From Deltaproteobacteria bacterium (GTDB taxonomy: Bacteria > Myxococcota_A > UBA9160 > SMWR01), in NCBI GenBank assembly GCA_032128115.1, contig JAQBHB010000090.1, positions 50,260 to 114,259 of the forward strand: a stretch of DNA of 64,000 nucleotides, read 5' to 3'. Made by a program: the position numbers and the translations under genes. Under the pieces are notes generated by a model. That model saw only the letters and a list, made by a program, of their open reading frames with translations. It searched no databases and had not been told where the DNA came from. Within the stretch, counting starts at the first letter, position 1. Every line of letters starts with the position of its first letter. Shown here one piece after another: positions 31,751 to 41,630 of this stretch.

Positions 31751-34024
31751 GTGCCCATCATCGAGTCGACGCCCGAACTGGTTCAGGGTGTGTACGAAAC
31801 ACTCGCGCGCAACCTGGAGACGGTGCGCCGTCGTCTCGATCGACCGCTCACCTACGCGGAGAAGGTCTTTCTGGGTCACCTGGCCGATCCCGAGGGCGTA
31901 CGGCTCGACCCGGGTCGCAGCTACGTGGGCGTGCGCCCCGACCGGGTGGCCATGCAGGACGCTACCGCCCAGATGGCGTTGCTCCAGTTCATGTTGGCCG
32001 GCAAGAACGAAACCGCGGTTCCCACCACCGTTCACTGCGACCACCTGATCCAGGCCTACGTGGGTGCCGCGGCCGACATGAAGGTGGCGCAACAAACCAA
32101 CCGCGAGGTGTACGAGTACCTGCGCGCGGCGTCTGCGCGCTACGGGATCGGCTTCTGGGGCCCCGGCGCGGGCATCATCCACCAGGTGGTGCTGGAGAAC
32201 TACGCCTTTCCCGGCGGCATGATGATCGGAACGGATTCGCACACGCCCAATGCCGGGGGCCTCGGCATGTTCGCGTGCGGGGTCGGGGGCGCCGACGCCG
32301 TGGACGTGATGGCCGGCTTCCCATGGGAGGTGCTGCAGCCGAAGCTGGTGGGCGTGCACCTGACGGGTGCGCTCAACGGCTGGACGGCGCCCAAGGACGT
32401 GATCCTCAAGGTCTGTGAGATCCTGACGGTGAAGGGCGGAACCAATCGCGTCATCGAGTATTTTGGCCCCGGAACCCGATCGATCAGCTGTACCGGCAAG
32501 GGAACGATCACCAACATGGGAGCCGAGCTCGGCGCCACCACCTCGGTCTTCCCGTACGACGAGCGCATGGCTTTGTACCTCAAGGCGACCCGCCGCGAGG
32601 AGATCGCCGACCTGGCCACCGCGCACGAGGAGATGCTGCGCGCCGATCCGGAGGTGGAGGCGGATCCTGCGCACTTCTTCGACGTGGTGATCGAGATCGA
32701 TCTGACGTCGCTCGAGCCCCACGTGGTGGGCCCCCATTCACCCGACCTGGCCCGGACCGTGTCGCGCATGGCCGCGGACGCGGCCGAGAACGGCTACCCG
32801 GAGCGGCTGTCGTCGGCATTGATCGGGAGCTGCACCAACTCTTCGTACGAGGACCTGGAGCGCGCGGCAGACGTGGCACGCCAGGCCAGCCGCCACGGCA
32901 TCCGCGCCAGAACGAAATTGTGGGTCACCCCGGGCTCCGAACAGATCCACCGCACCATCAAGCGGGATGGCCAGATGCGCGACTTCGAGGAGATCGGCGG
33001 GGTGGTGCTGGCCAACGCCTGCGGCCCCTGCATCGGGCAGTGGAAGCGCGACGACATCAAGTCCGGCGACGACAACTCGATCATCAGCTCCTACAACCGC
33101 AACTTCCGGCGCCGCAACGACGGCAACGCCGCCACCCAGTCGTTCATCGCCAGCCCCGAGGTGGTGGTGGCGTTCGCGCTGGCGGGCAGGCTCTCGTTCA
33201 ACCCGCTGTGCGACGAGCTGGAGGGTGAGGGCGGCACACGCTTCCGGCTGGAGCCGCCGGCGCCCGCCCCGGAGGTGCCCCGCGAGGGCTTCGTGCACTG
33301 CAGCGAGGGCTATCAGGCACCGCCGGCCGACGGCTCGGCGATCCGCGTCCAGGTATCGCCCGAGAGCGAGCGCCTGCAGCTGCTCACGCCATTCGCGGCG
33401 TGGGACGGCCGGGATTTCGAGCGTCTCCCGTTGCTCCTCAAGGCCCGTGGGAAGTGCACCACGGACCACATCTCGCCGGCGGGTCCCTGGCTGCGCTACC
33501 GGGGTCACCTGGATCGCATCAGCGACAACATGTTCACCGGCGCCGTGAATGCCTTCACCGACAAGGCCGGGGAGGGCCTCGACCAGCTCTCGGGCGAGGG
33601 GGGCCGGGGCTTTTCGGCCATCGCGCGTCACTACCTGGCCGAGGGGTTGCGCTGGATGGTGGTGGGAGACGAGAACTACGGCGAGGGATCGAGCCGCGAG
33701 CACGCCGCCATGTCGCCGCGATTGTTGGGGTGCGCGGCGGTTCTGGCGCGGAGCTTGCCCCGCATCCACGAGGCGAATCTGAAAAAGCAGGGGGTGCTGC
33801 CCCTCACCTTCGCCGACCCGGCCGACTTTGAGAAAGTTCGCGAGACCGACCGCGTGAGCGTTACGGGTCTGTCCGAGCTGGCGCCGGGGCGCGAGGTCGG
33901 CGTGATCTTCCACCACGACGACGGGAGCGAGGACGCAGTGAGTGCCCGCCACTCGTTGAACGACGAACAGATCACCTGGTTCCGCGCCGGCTCGGCACTC
34001 AATCTGCTGCGAGCTTCGCGCTGA
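31751..34024 (+). CDS. acnA: Aconitate hydratase (mitochondrial-type)
   Basis: RPDRVAMQDATAQM, HCDH, GIIHQ, GTDSHT, IGSCTNSSYED, ACGPCIGQW, KCTTDHIS, NYGEGSSREHAA. Confidence 0.96.
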   Translation: MPIIESTPELVQGVYETLARNLETVRRRLDRPLTYAEKVFLGHLADPEGVRLDPGRSYVGVRPDRVAMQDATAQMALLQFMLAGKNETAVPTTVHCDHLIQAYVGAAADMKVAQQTNREVYEYLRAASARYGIGFWGPGAGIIHQVVLENYAFPGGMMIGTDSHTPNAGGLGMFACGVGGADAVDVMAGFPWEVLQPKLVGVHLTGALNGWTAPKDVILKVCEILTVKGGTNRVIEYFGPGTRSISCTGKGTITNMGAELGATTSVFPYDERMALYLKATRREEIADLATAHEEMLRADPEVEADPAHFFDVVIEIDLTSLEPHVVGPHSPDLARTVSRMAADAAENGYPERLSSALIGSCTNSSYEDLERAADVARQASRHGIRARTKLWVTPGSEQIHRTIKRDGQMRDFEEIGGVVLANACGPCIGQWKRDDIKSGDDNSIISSYNRNFRRRNDGNAATQSFIASPEVVVAFALAGRLSFNPLCDELEGEGGTRFRLEPPAPAPEVPREGFVHCSEGYQAPPADGSAIRVQVSPESERLQLLTPFAAWDGRDFERLPLLLKARGKCTTDHISPAGPWLRYRGHLDRISDNMFTGAVNAFTDKAGEGLDQLSGEGGRGFSAIARHYLAEGLRWMVVGDENYGEGSSREHAAMSPRLLGCAAVLARSLPRIHEANLKKQGVLPLTFADPADFEKVRETDRVSVTGLSELAPGREVGVIFHHDDGSEDAVSARHSLNDEQITWFRAGSALNLLRASR

Positions 34025-34963
34025 TCAGCTCTTGTGGGGTGGATCGATCAACACGATCTGACCCGCCTCGCGCTTGCCCGAACGCACGGACGTGACCTCG
34101 ATCAGCAGTTCGTCTCCCACCTCGTCGAGTACACCGTCCAGGGTGCGACCCAGCGCGTAGCGCGCCGGAATCCCCAGCCGACGCTGGGCGGCGAGATTCA
34201 CAGCCAGCACCACCCCTCGCGGATCGGTGAGGATCACGCCCAACGGCAGCTGGTGGATCAGGTCGCGCTGCGAGATGGGCATCGCCTGCATCAGGCCGCC
34301 CGCGAAGACGGCGCTGCGCAGCGCCAGCAGGGCGGCGCCGAACAGCAGCGGAGCCAGCAGGGGCGTCGCGGGCACGAGCCCCAGCGCCGGTGCCACCAGT
34401 CCTGCCAGTGGGACCAGGCTCGCGATTCCCGCAAGCAGCCGAAGATCCCAACGCCCGGTGTCGCGATCGCGAACTGCCGACGTCACCAGCACGCACGCTC
34501 CGGTGGCCACGAGCGCAGCCGAATAGACCAGGTTCACCCACCACAACGGCCCGCTCACCGCCTGTCCGCTGGCATCCGGCGGCGACAAGAACAGGTGACT
34601 CCAGGGGCCGGCGTAGAGGAGCGCGTAGATCACCCCCTGTGGGGCCAGCAGCAGGCCCGCGAACCACGGGGCCCGGCGCGCCATGTCGAGCCGGGCCGCA
34701 TGGGCCGACACACCCAGCCACAGGGGTGGCAGCGCCAGGGCACCCAGGTAGGCGATACGTTGGCTCGCCAGGGTGCCCAGGAGTTCGCGCTCCGCGCACA
34801 GCTCGCCCACACACCACAGGGCGCTGGCCAGCGCCAACGGAATGAAGGCGCGGCGGCCCGGCGTAGCGGTATCCCACTGCCAGGCGCCCAGGCATTGCCA
34901 GAGCGCCAGCAGGGCCAGCATTTCGAGGACGAGGCCAGAGAGCGTCATCGCGGTCGACTCCAA
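34025..34963 (-). CDS. HisKA_7TM-type sensor + PAS domain, no output domain
   Basis: About 7 hydrophobic helices, then PISQRDLIHQLPLGVILTDPRGVVLAVNLAAQ, ending right after the PAS fold. Confidence 0.7.
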   Translation of the reverse strand: MESTAMTLSGLVLEMLALLALWQCLGAWQWDTATPGRRAFIPLALASALWCVGELCAERELLGTLASQRIAYLGALALPPLWLGVSAHAARLDMARRAPWFAGLLLAPQGVIYALLYAGPWSHLFLSPPDASGQAVSGPLWWVNLVYSAALVATGACVLVTSAVRDRDTGRWDLRLLAGIASLVPLAGLVAPALGLVPATPLLAPLLFGAALLALRSAVFAGGLMQAMPISQRDLIHQLPLGVILTDPRGVVLAVNLAAQRRLGIPARYALGRTLDGVLDEVGDELLIEVTSVRSGKREAGQIVLIDPPHKS

Positions 34964-35070
34964 AGTTCGTATCGACGCCGCCGCGGCCCGACTTGCGCAA
35001 CAAATGGGAACGCGTTCCCGTTTCTGTCTCCCCGCCGCGGGATCCCACCCGGGCGAGTAGAATTCGCCGC

Positions 35071-36000
35071 GTGCCGCCCCGGACTCTGGTGATCGTCAAT
35101 CCCCGCAGCGGCGGGGGTGCCACCGGGAGGCGCTGGCTGGCCGTGGAGGCCCGGCTGCGTGAGGCGTTGGGGAGCGTCGAAGTGGAAACCACAAAGGGGC
35201 CCCGCGACGCCGGGCGCCTGGCCCGCGAAGGCGCTCGCGCGGGTGTCGAACGCCTGGTGGTGGCGGGCGGTGACGGGACGACCAGCGAGGTGGTCAACGG
35301 GTTGCTTGGCGCCGATCTGGCCCATCACGTGGACCTGGGGCTGCTGCCCCTGGGCACCGGCGGCGACTACAGCCGCAGCCTGGGCATCCCCCGTGACCTG
35401 GATGGCGCATTGCAGAGTCTGCTTGCGGGCGTGCCGCGTCGGGTCGACGCGGGACGGATCCACTATCGCGGACACGACGGCGAACAAGCCCGGTCATTCT
35501 TCGTGAACCTCACCAGCGCCGGGATCAGCGCCCTGGTGGTGAAACTCGTGAGCGAGTCCGGACGACCGCTGGGGGGTACGCTGGCCTACCTGACGGCCAC
35601 CCTGCGTGCGCTCGCGAGCCACAGGCCGGCGCACGTCCGGGTGCGGGTGGACGGCGAGGACTTCTACCGGGGCCCACTCCTCTTGGGAGCAGTGGCCAAC
35701 GGGCGCTACTTCGGGGGTGGTATGCAGATCGCGCCCGAGGCCCGGCCGGACGACGGTCTATTCGACGTGGTTCTGGCGGAGAACATCCCGCTGCGACGCC
35801 TGTTGAGCCAGTTCCACCTGCTCTATCGCGGGCGCCACCTGGAGGTGAAGGGCATTCACCACCGCCGGGGCCGCACGGTAGAGTTCGATGCCGAGCCCGG
35901 CGCCGCCGGCATCGAAGTGGATGGAGAGCCCCTGGGAGGTCTCCCCGCCCGGGTCGAAATCCTTCCCGGGGCCCTCCGCGTGCTGTGCCCCGCCGGGTGA
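35071..36000 (+). CDS. Diacylglycerol/lipid kinase family (YegS/BmrU)
   Basis: IVNPRSGGG, AGGDGTTSEVVNG, PLGTGGD, NGRYFGGGM, EVDGE. Confidence 0.92.
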   Translation: MPPRTLVIVNPRSGGGATGRRWLAVEARLREALGSVEVETTKGPRDAGRLAREGARAGVERLVVAGGDGTTSEVVNGLLGADLAHHVDLGLLPLGTGGDYSRSLGIPRDLDGALQSLLAGVPRRVDAGRIHYRGHDGEQARSFFVNLTSAGISALVVKLVSESGRPLGGTLAYLTATLRALASHRPAHVRVRVDGEDFYRGPLLLGAVANGRYFGGGMQIAPEARPDDGLFDVVLAENIPLRRLLSQFHLLYRGRHLEVKGIHHRRGRTVEFDAEPGAAGIEVDGEPLGGLPARVEILPGALRVLCPAG

Positions 36001-36005
36001 GGCAG

Positions 36006-36971
36006 ATGGGCGTAGCCCTGCTCGACCGCATCCGCGACGCCTGTGCCCGGGTTGCCGCCCACGCCAGTCACATCCGTGTGGATGCGGCTGGCATCGAATC
36101 CCTGGCCCGGGATCTCGCTCGCACACCGGCCCCTCCGCCTCACCTGGATCCTGCCCATCACCACGTCGGCGATGACGATGCGCGGCTGGCATACGTGGTG
36201 ACCCTGGATGCCATCAACTTCGGATCCGGCTACTTCCCGTATCTCGCGAAGAGACCCGGCATGTCCGGCTACTTCACGGTGGCCACCTGTCTGAGGGAAC
36301 ACTTCCGGGCGTCAGGGCCCTGGTCGGCTCGAGAGCTCGCGGATCTGACGCTGGAAGAGTGCGCGCGGGTCCTGGGTCAGGACACAGGGGTGCCGGAAGT
36401 GGCCGAGCTGGTGGGCCTCTACACCCGGGCTCTGAAGGACCTGGGGCGATTTCTGCTGGATGCGTACGGCGGACGCTTCGACGGACCCGTGCGCGAAGCG
36501 GCGGGCAGTGCCGAACGGCTGGTGGAGATCCTCGCCCGCATGCCTTTCTATCGCGACGTGTCCCACTACGACGGCATCGAGGTGCCCTTCTACAAGCGGG
36601 CCCAGCTCACGGCCGCCGACCTGGCGGCCACCTTCGGCGGCGAGGGGCCGGGACGCTTCGACGACCTGCACCGGCTCACGATGTTTGCCGACAATCTGGT
36701 TCCCCACGTGATGCGACACGCGGGGGTGCTGGTCTACGCGCCGGAGCTGGCGGAGCGCATCGATGGCGAAGAGCCGCTCGCCGCCGGATCGCCCGAGGAG
36801 GTGGAAATCCGCGCCTGCGCCCTCCACGCACTCGAGTGCTGCGTCCATGCGATGCGAGCTCTGGGGGTTGCGACAACCGCGCATCAGCTCGACTACGCCC
36901 TGTGGAACCGCGGCCAGCTCCCCGCGATGAAGGCGCTGCCGCGCCACCGGGCGCGTTCGTTCTACTACTGA
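36006..36971 (+). CDS. Queuosine salvage hydrolase (DUF2419/Qng1 family)
   Basis: LDAINFGSG, FYKRAQL, LTMFADNLVPHV, EEVEIRA, LDYALW, HRARSFYY C-terminus. Confidence 0.88.
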   Translation: MGVALLDRIRDACARVAAHASHIRVDAAGIESLARDLARTPAPPPHLDPAHHHVGDDDARLAYVVTLDAINFGSGYFPYLAKRPGMSGYFTVATCLREHFRASGPWSARELADLTLEECARVLGQDTGVPEVAELVGLYTRALKDLGRFLLDAYGGRFDGPVREAAGSAERLVEILARMPFYRDVSHYDGIEVPFYKRAQLTAADLAATFGGEGPGRFDDLHRLTMFADNLVPHVMRHAGVLVYAPELAERIDGEEPLAAGSPEEVEIRACALHALECCVHAMRALGVATTAHQLDYALWNRGQLPAMKALPRHRARSFYY

Positions 36972-37495
36972 TGCCGAGGAAGAAGCCGTTGCTGGACAAC
37001 ACACTCCTGATCCTGGTGGCCGTGCTGGTGGTCCTCGCGGGCCTGGCCTGGCTGCGCGGCGGCAGCGAGCTGCTGCAGGAGGGCGTTCGCGGCGGCGGAG
37101 GTCTGCTGGTCCGCTTCGGCGCCGTGATCGTCGTGTCGTTCCTGGCCGCGGGCATCGCGCAGGTGCTGATTCCCCAGGAATGGGTGCGCGAAGCCCTGGG
37201 CGAGGGCTCGGGCCTGCGGGGCATCGTCATCGGGGCGGCCGCAGGCATCATCACGCCGTCGGGGCCGTTCGTGTCCATGCCCATTGCCGTGGTGTTGTTG
37301 CGATCGGGGGCGGAGACCGGACCCGTGGTGGCCTACCTCACGGGATGGTCGCTGTTGGCGCTGCACCGCCTGATCGCCTGGGAGGCGCCCATCCTGGGTT
37401 GGAACTTCGCCCTGTTCCGCTGGGGGATCTGCCTGGCGCTTCCGTTGCTTGCCGGATTGCTGGCGCGGGCCCTGTCGCGGCTCTCAGTTCCCTGA
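36971..37495 (+). CDS. Small permease (DUF318-like)
   Basis: Hydrophobic; LIPQEWVREALG, GIITPSGPFVSMP, VAYLTGWS; TGATG coupling to the upstream gene. Confidence 0.8.
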   Translation: MPRKKPLLDNTLLILVAVLVVLAGLAWLRGGSELLQEGVRGGGGLLVRFGAVIVVSFLAAGIAQVLIPQEWVREALGEGSGLRGIVIGAAAGIITPSGPFVSMPIAVVLLRSGAETGPVVAYLTGWSLLALHRLIAWEAPILGWNFALFRWGICLALPLLAGLLARALSRLSVP

Positions 37496-38734
37496 TTTCA
37501 TCCGGGTGGTGGCGGTGATGGCGTCGGCGATGGAGAGCTTCGAGCGCTCCGACAGGTAGGGCGTGCGCAGGGCGTCGCGAGCCGCGTGCCGCACCGATTC
37601 CGGATCGAGATCCCGGGGCAGCGCCAGCACCAGCTGCGCGATGCGGTCGCCGATGCGCAGCAGCGCCGGGCGCAGCTCGTCGTCTACTCCCGGGAGCTTC
37701 TCCGGCGGCTCGAACGCGATGTCCTGGACCGCGTTCCACTGCACTTCCTTGGCGGCCTCCATCTGGGCGCGGAAGAGAGCGCGGATCTCGGACGCGGGAG
37801 TCGGGGTCTCGCCCAGGTTCTCCGCGGCGGCACGCGCACTCGCCACGGCGGCATCCAGGACCGCCTCCTCGCGATCGGGCACTTCCAGGGGCATCCCCTC
37901 GCGGCGCTTGGCCGCCCCCAGCGTGGGCATCAGCGATAAGCGCTCGTCGATCGCCGCCAGCAGGGCGCCCAGAGGGGTGGCGAAACGCTCGCTGGATTTC
38001 GCCCCGAAGTATTCGAGCCGCAGGGAGGCCAGGGTTCCGTCGCGCTCCCGGGCCAGCAGCCACAGGTTCAGGCTCGTGGCCAGGCCCGTGCGGTCATTGC
38101 GCACCAGGTACGCCTTGCGGTCGCGGGTAAACGGGCCCATCACCACCAGCTGCTCCGAGTCGCCCTTCCACAGCGGGACTTCCAGGGTGTCGGTGACGAC
38201 GGCGTGCAGGTCCTCCTGGATCAGGGCCTGGCGCACGGCGTCGTTGCTGCGGATCGAGACCAGGGTGGCCCTCTTGAAACGATCCTGAGCGACCCGTTCC
38301 AGGTGGCCGCCCGCATTCACGCCGATCCGCACGTCCTGGCGGTCCACCTCGGCGATCGTCTTCCAACGCTCGGGTTGCCGAGCCAGCAACACCGCTCCGG
38401 TCTCGACCACCGGCACCGAGAAGCGGCCGGCCGTGGAGCGGTCCGGGCTTACGGTTACGCCCGACATGACCACGTCGAAGCGACCGCTGGAAAGTCCCGC
38501 AGTCAGATCCGGCCACCGGAAGACCACGAATTCGAGCGCCAATCCCTTGTCCTTTGCAAAGGCGCGAGCCACTGCGATGTCGAAGCCGGTGAACTCGCCT
38601 TCCCCGGGACCGGCCGAGCTGAACGGGGAGTAATCCCCCGAGGTGCCCACTCGCAGCGTGCGCGGCTCGTCGGCGGCCAGGGGGACCGCGATGAGTGCCA
38701 GGAGCACCAGCGTGACGACCGTCCGCATGCGCAT
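37484..38734 (-). CDS. Exported SBP-family-3 (PheC/CDT-like) + chorismate mutase (AroQ) fusion
   Basis: Signal peptide; LRVGTSGDYSPFS, GFDI, GRFDVVMSGV; C-terminal IDERLSLMP...AK...PDREEAVL...FRAQMEAAKEVQ. Confidence 0.8.
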   Translation of the reverse strand: MRMRTVVTLVLLALIAVPLAADEPRTLRVGTSGDYSPFSSAGPGEGEFTGFDIAVARAFAKDKGLALEFVVFRWPDLTAGLSSGRFDVVMSGVTVSPDRSTAGRFSVPVVETGAVLLARQPERWKTIAEVDRQDVRIGVNAGGHLERVAQDRFKRATLVSIRSNDAVRQALIQEDLHAVVTDTLEVPLWKGDSEQLVVMGPFTRDRKAYLVRNDRTGLATSLNLWLLARERDGTLASLRLEYFGAKSSERFATPLGALLAAIDERLSLMPTLGAAKRREGMPLEVPDREEAVLDAAVASARAAAENLGETPTPASEIRALFRAQMEAAKEVQWNAVQDIAFEPPEKLPGVDDELRPALLRIGDRIAQLVLALPRDLDPESVRHAARDALRTPYLSERSKLSIADAITATTRMKSGN

Positions 38735-38910
38735 GCGGCGGGCAGGATAGCCTCGGGTCGCGGATTTGACCGACCTCGTTCGATCTTCTAACCTACGGGG
38801 CTCATTACGTTTCTGGCGTTGCCGCGGCAGAAGCGTTCCCCGCGAATTCCGCTCCCGGCCGTGGAGCGGGCAAGTGTCCGGGCGAAGGCCCGCGGTGAGG
38901 TCCTGGTGCC

Positions 38911-39384
38911 ATGCTATCGATGGAAGACGTGGAACAAGGAGTTTCGGTCACCCACCGGAACACGGCCCTCCGCTACTCGGTGGTGGACGCAGGCGACGAA
39001 GAAGTGCTCCTGAGCCCCCAGTCCGATGGCATGGAGGACCTGGTGGTTCCCGTGAAGCTCTTCCGAGAGGAATTCGTCCTCAGCGATCGCTTCAGCATGG
39101 GCCGCCCGCGCCGCAGCGGGCGAGGTCGCAGTCGGGCCCGGCGCAGCGCGCCCATGGTTCCCAGCGGTCCCAAGGTGAAGGGAACGATCAAGAAGCTGGT
39201 GCGCGACCGCGGCTTCGGATTCGTGCGCGGGGACGATGGCAAGGAAGTGTTCTTCCACCGCTCCGGTCTCGGAGCCACGGACTACGACTCCCTTTCCGAA
39301 GGAGACGTGGTCGAATACGTGGTGCAAGAGGGACCGCGGGGCGCGCGTGCCGAGAACGTGCGCGCCGTCGCCGAGGCGATCTAG
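38911..39384 (+). CDS. Cold-shock domain protein with N-terminal extension
   Basis: KGTIKKLVRDRGFGFV, EVFFHRS, EGDVVEY, GPRGARAENV. Confidence 0.85.
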   Translation: MLSMEDVEQGVSVTHRNTALRYSVVDAGDEEVLLSPQSDGMEDLVVPVKLFREEFVLSDRFSMGRPRRSGRGRSRARRSAPMVPSGPKVKGTIKKLVRDRGFGFVRGDDGKEVFFHRSGLGATDYDSLSEGDVVEYVVQEGPRGARAENVRAVAEAI

Positions 39385-39394
39385 GGGCCCGACG

Positions 39395-41041
39395 CTAGTC
39401 CTCGCGGTAGCGGTGGACGATGGGCAGGCGTCGCCCGGAGCCGAACGCCTTCGGTGAGGTCCGGAGCACCAGAGGCGCCTGCCGGCGCTTGTACTCGTTG
39501 CGGTCCAGGCGCGAGACCACGTCCCGCACCGTCTGCCGGGAGGCGCCGGTTGGCGGTTCGATGGTCCTGGCACCCAGCCCGCTTTCGACCGCACTCTCCA
39601 GGATGGCATCGAGCACGTCGTATTCCGGCAGATCGTCGCTGTCCAGCTGGTCGGGGGCCAGCTCGGCGGACGGGGGCTTGTCAAGCACGCTCTGGGGAAT
39701 CCTTTCCCCCGCGGCGTTGGCGCGCCGCGCCAGGGCGTAGACGTCGCGTTTGTAGACGTCGCCGAGCACCGCCAGGCCGCCCACCGTGTCGCCATAGAGC
39801 GTGCAGTAACCCACCGACAGCTCGCTCTTGTTGCCGGTGGCCAACACGAGTCGGCCCTCGGTATTCGCGATCGCCATCAGGATCGCGCCTCGGATGCGCG
39901 ACTGGATGTTCTGTTGGGCGATGCCGTAGTCGTCGTGCTTCCCGAACAGATCCTGGAACACTCGCCGGTAGGCGTCGTAGATGGGCGTGATGTCCACGCG
40001 TCGCAGCGCCAGCCCCAGGTTTACGGCCAGGGCGCGGGCATCGCGAAGGCTGTGGTCGGACGAGAACGGACCCGGCATGGCGACACCCACCACGCGATCG
40101 GGCCCCAGGGCCTCGGCCGCCAGATGGGCGGTGACGGCCGAGTCGATGCCGCCCGAGAGTCCCACCACCGCGCCCGGGGGCAGGTCCTGCTTCCGGAAGT
40201 AGTCGCGAATGCCGAGCACCAGACCCGCCTCCAGCTGGGCCATCGGCTCGGGATCGCGAACCGACGCGAGATCCCTGGGCTCGGAGGTTTCAAGGTCGAC
40301 GATCTCGAAGGCCGATTCGAACAGCGGCAGGGAGGCCAGCACGCGACCGCGAGCATCCACCACGAAGGAGCCGCCGTCGAAGATCAGCTCGTCGTTGCCT
40401 CCCACCTGATTGACGAACACGATGGGAACCCCGTGGCGAGCCGCAAGCTCGGCGATCATCCGCCGCCGTTCCGCGGCCTTCGACACGTGCCACGGCGACG
40501 CCGAGAGGTTCACCACCACGTCCACGTTGGCCTGGGCCAGGTCGCTCACGGGATCTACCCCGTAGCCCAGCTCGCTGGCCCAGGCGTCTTCGCACACGGT
40601 GAGACCGATGGCGGGCCCATCGATGCCGAGCACCACGGGCTCACGGCTTTCGCCGCGACGGAAGTGGCGCTTCTCGTCGAAGACGTCGTAGGTCGGGAGC
40701 AGGGACTTGGCGCGGACCGCGACGCGTTTGCCCCCCCGCAGCAGCACGGCCGCGTTGTGGAGTCGGCGGGGCCGGGCTTCGTCCACCGGGATGGCGGCGC
40801 CCAGGGCGATGGCGACGCCCCGCGAGGCCGGCAGCAGCGCTTCCAGCTCCCGCAGCTGGTCTGAAACGAAACCGTCCCGCTCCAGCAGATCCATGGGCGG
40901 GTAGCCCGTGAGCACCAGCTCCGGCAGCACCAGCAGGTCGGCTCGTTCGCTCGTCGCCTTGGCGGCGGCCTCCTCTACCAGGCGCCGATTGCCGGGTAGG
41001 TCACCCACGGTGGGATTCACCTGTGCGATGGCCACGCGCAT
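39395..41041 (-). CDS. nadE: Glutamine-dependent NAD+ synthetase
   Basis: Nitrilase domain (LPEL, KSLLPTY, TVCED) plus GLSGGIDS, QNIQSRIRG, TGNKSE, PPSAELAPDQ, NEYKRRQ. Confidence 0.96.
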   Translation of the reverse strand: MRVAIAQVNPTVGDLPGNRRLVEEAAAKATSERADLLVLPELVLTGYPPMDLLERDGFVSDQLRELEALLPASRGVAIALGAAIPVDEARPRRLHNAAVLLRGGKRVAVRAKSLLPTYDVFDEKRHFRRGESREPVVLGIDGPAIGLTVCEDAWASELGYGVDPVSDLAQANVDVVVNLSASPWHVSKAAERRRMIAELAARHGVPIVFVNQVGGNDELIFDGGSFVVDARGRVLASLPLFESAFEIVDLETSEPRDLASVRDPEPMAQLEAGLVLGIRDYFRKQDLPPGAVVGLSGGIDSAVTAHLAAEALGPDRVVGVAMPGPFSSDHSLRDARALAVNLGLALRRVDITPIYDAYRRVFQDLFGKHDDYGIAQQNIQSRIRGAILMAIANTEGRLVLATGNKSELSVGYCTLYGDTVGGLAVLGDVYKRDVYALARRANAAGERIPQSVLDKPPSAELAPDQLDSDDLPEYDVLDAILESAVESGLGARTIEPPTGASRQTVRDVVSRLDRNEYKRRQAPLVLRTSPKAFGSGRRLPIVHRYRED

Positions 41042-41095
41042 GGAGCCAAGATGGGCGGCGGCTCCCGCTCCGTCAAGACGAACGAGGGGGGGCGT

Positions 41096-41578
41096 TCAGG
41101 GCGCGTACACGTAGTTGACGCGAGCCGTGCAGGCTGCCTTCTCGCTCCCCTCCACCTCGAAGCGCAGGTCGAAGGCCACGCGCACCCGTCCGCCGCGCAT
41201 GGCGCGGACACTTGCCACCACCGCCGACAGGCGCACCCGTGATCCGGCGGTCACCGGTGCTGCGAGCCGCATCTTCTCGATCCCGGTATTGATCACCGTG
41301 TTCGAGCCGCCCACCTCCAGGATCTGCATCATCAGGGCCGGAGCCAGGGAAAGCGTCAGGTAGCCGTGGGCGATGGTCTGTTTCCAGGGGGATTCCCGAC
41401 GCGCGCGCGCGACGTCGGTATGGATCCACTGGCGGTCCTCGGTGGCGCGGGCGAAGGTGTCGATCCGCTCCTGGTCCACGGTGATCCAGTCGCTGGTGCC
41501 AAGCCTCGTGCCCAGGAAGCGGGGAAACTCCTCCAGGCTCGGAATCACGGTCGGTGCGCGCTTGCTCGATTCGGTCAT
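41096..41578 (-). CDS. MaoC family dehydratase
   Basis: FARATEDRQWIH, TIAHGYLTLSL. Confidence 0.92.
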   Translation of the reverse strand: MTESSKRAPTVIPSLEEFPRFLGTRLGTSDWITVDQERIDTFARATEDRQWIHTDVARARRESPWKQTIAHGYLTLSLAPALMMQILEVGGSNTVINTGIEKMRLAAPVTAGSRVRLSAVVASVRAMRGGRVRVAFDLRFEVEGSEKAACTARVNYVYAP

Positions 41579-41630
41579 GGACGGGGTCCGTAGGATAGTT
41601 CACTGAATTGCGTTCGCCTGCGTGGGCAGC

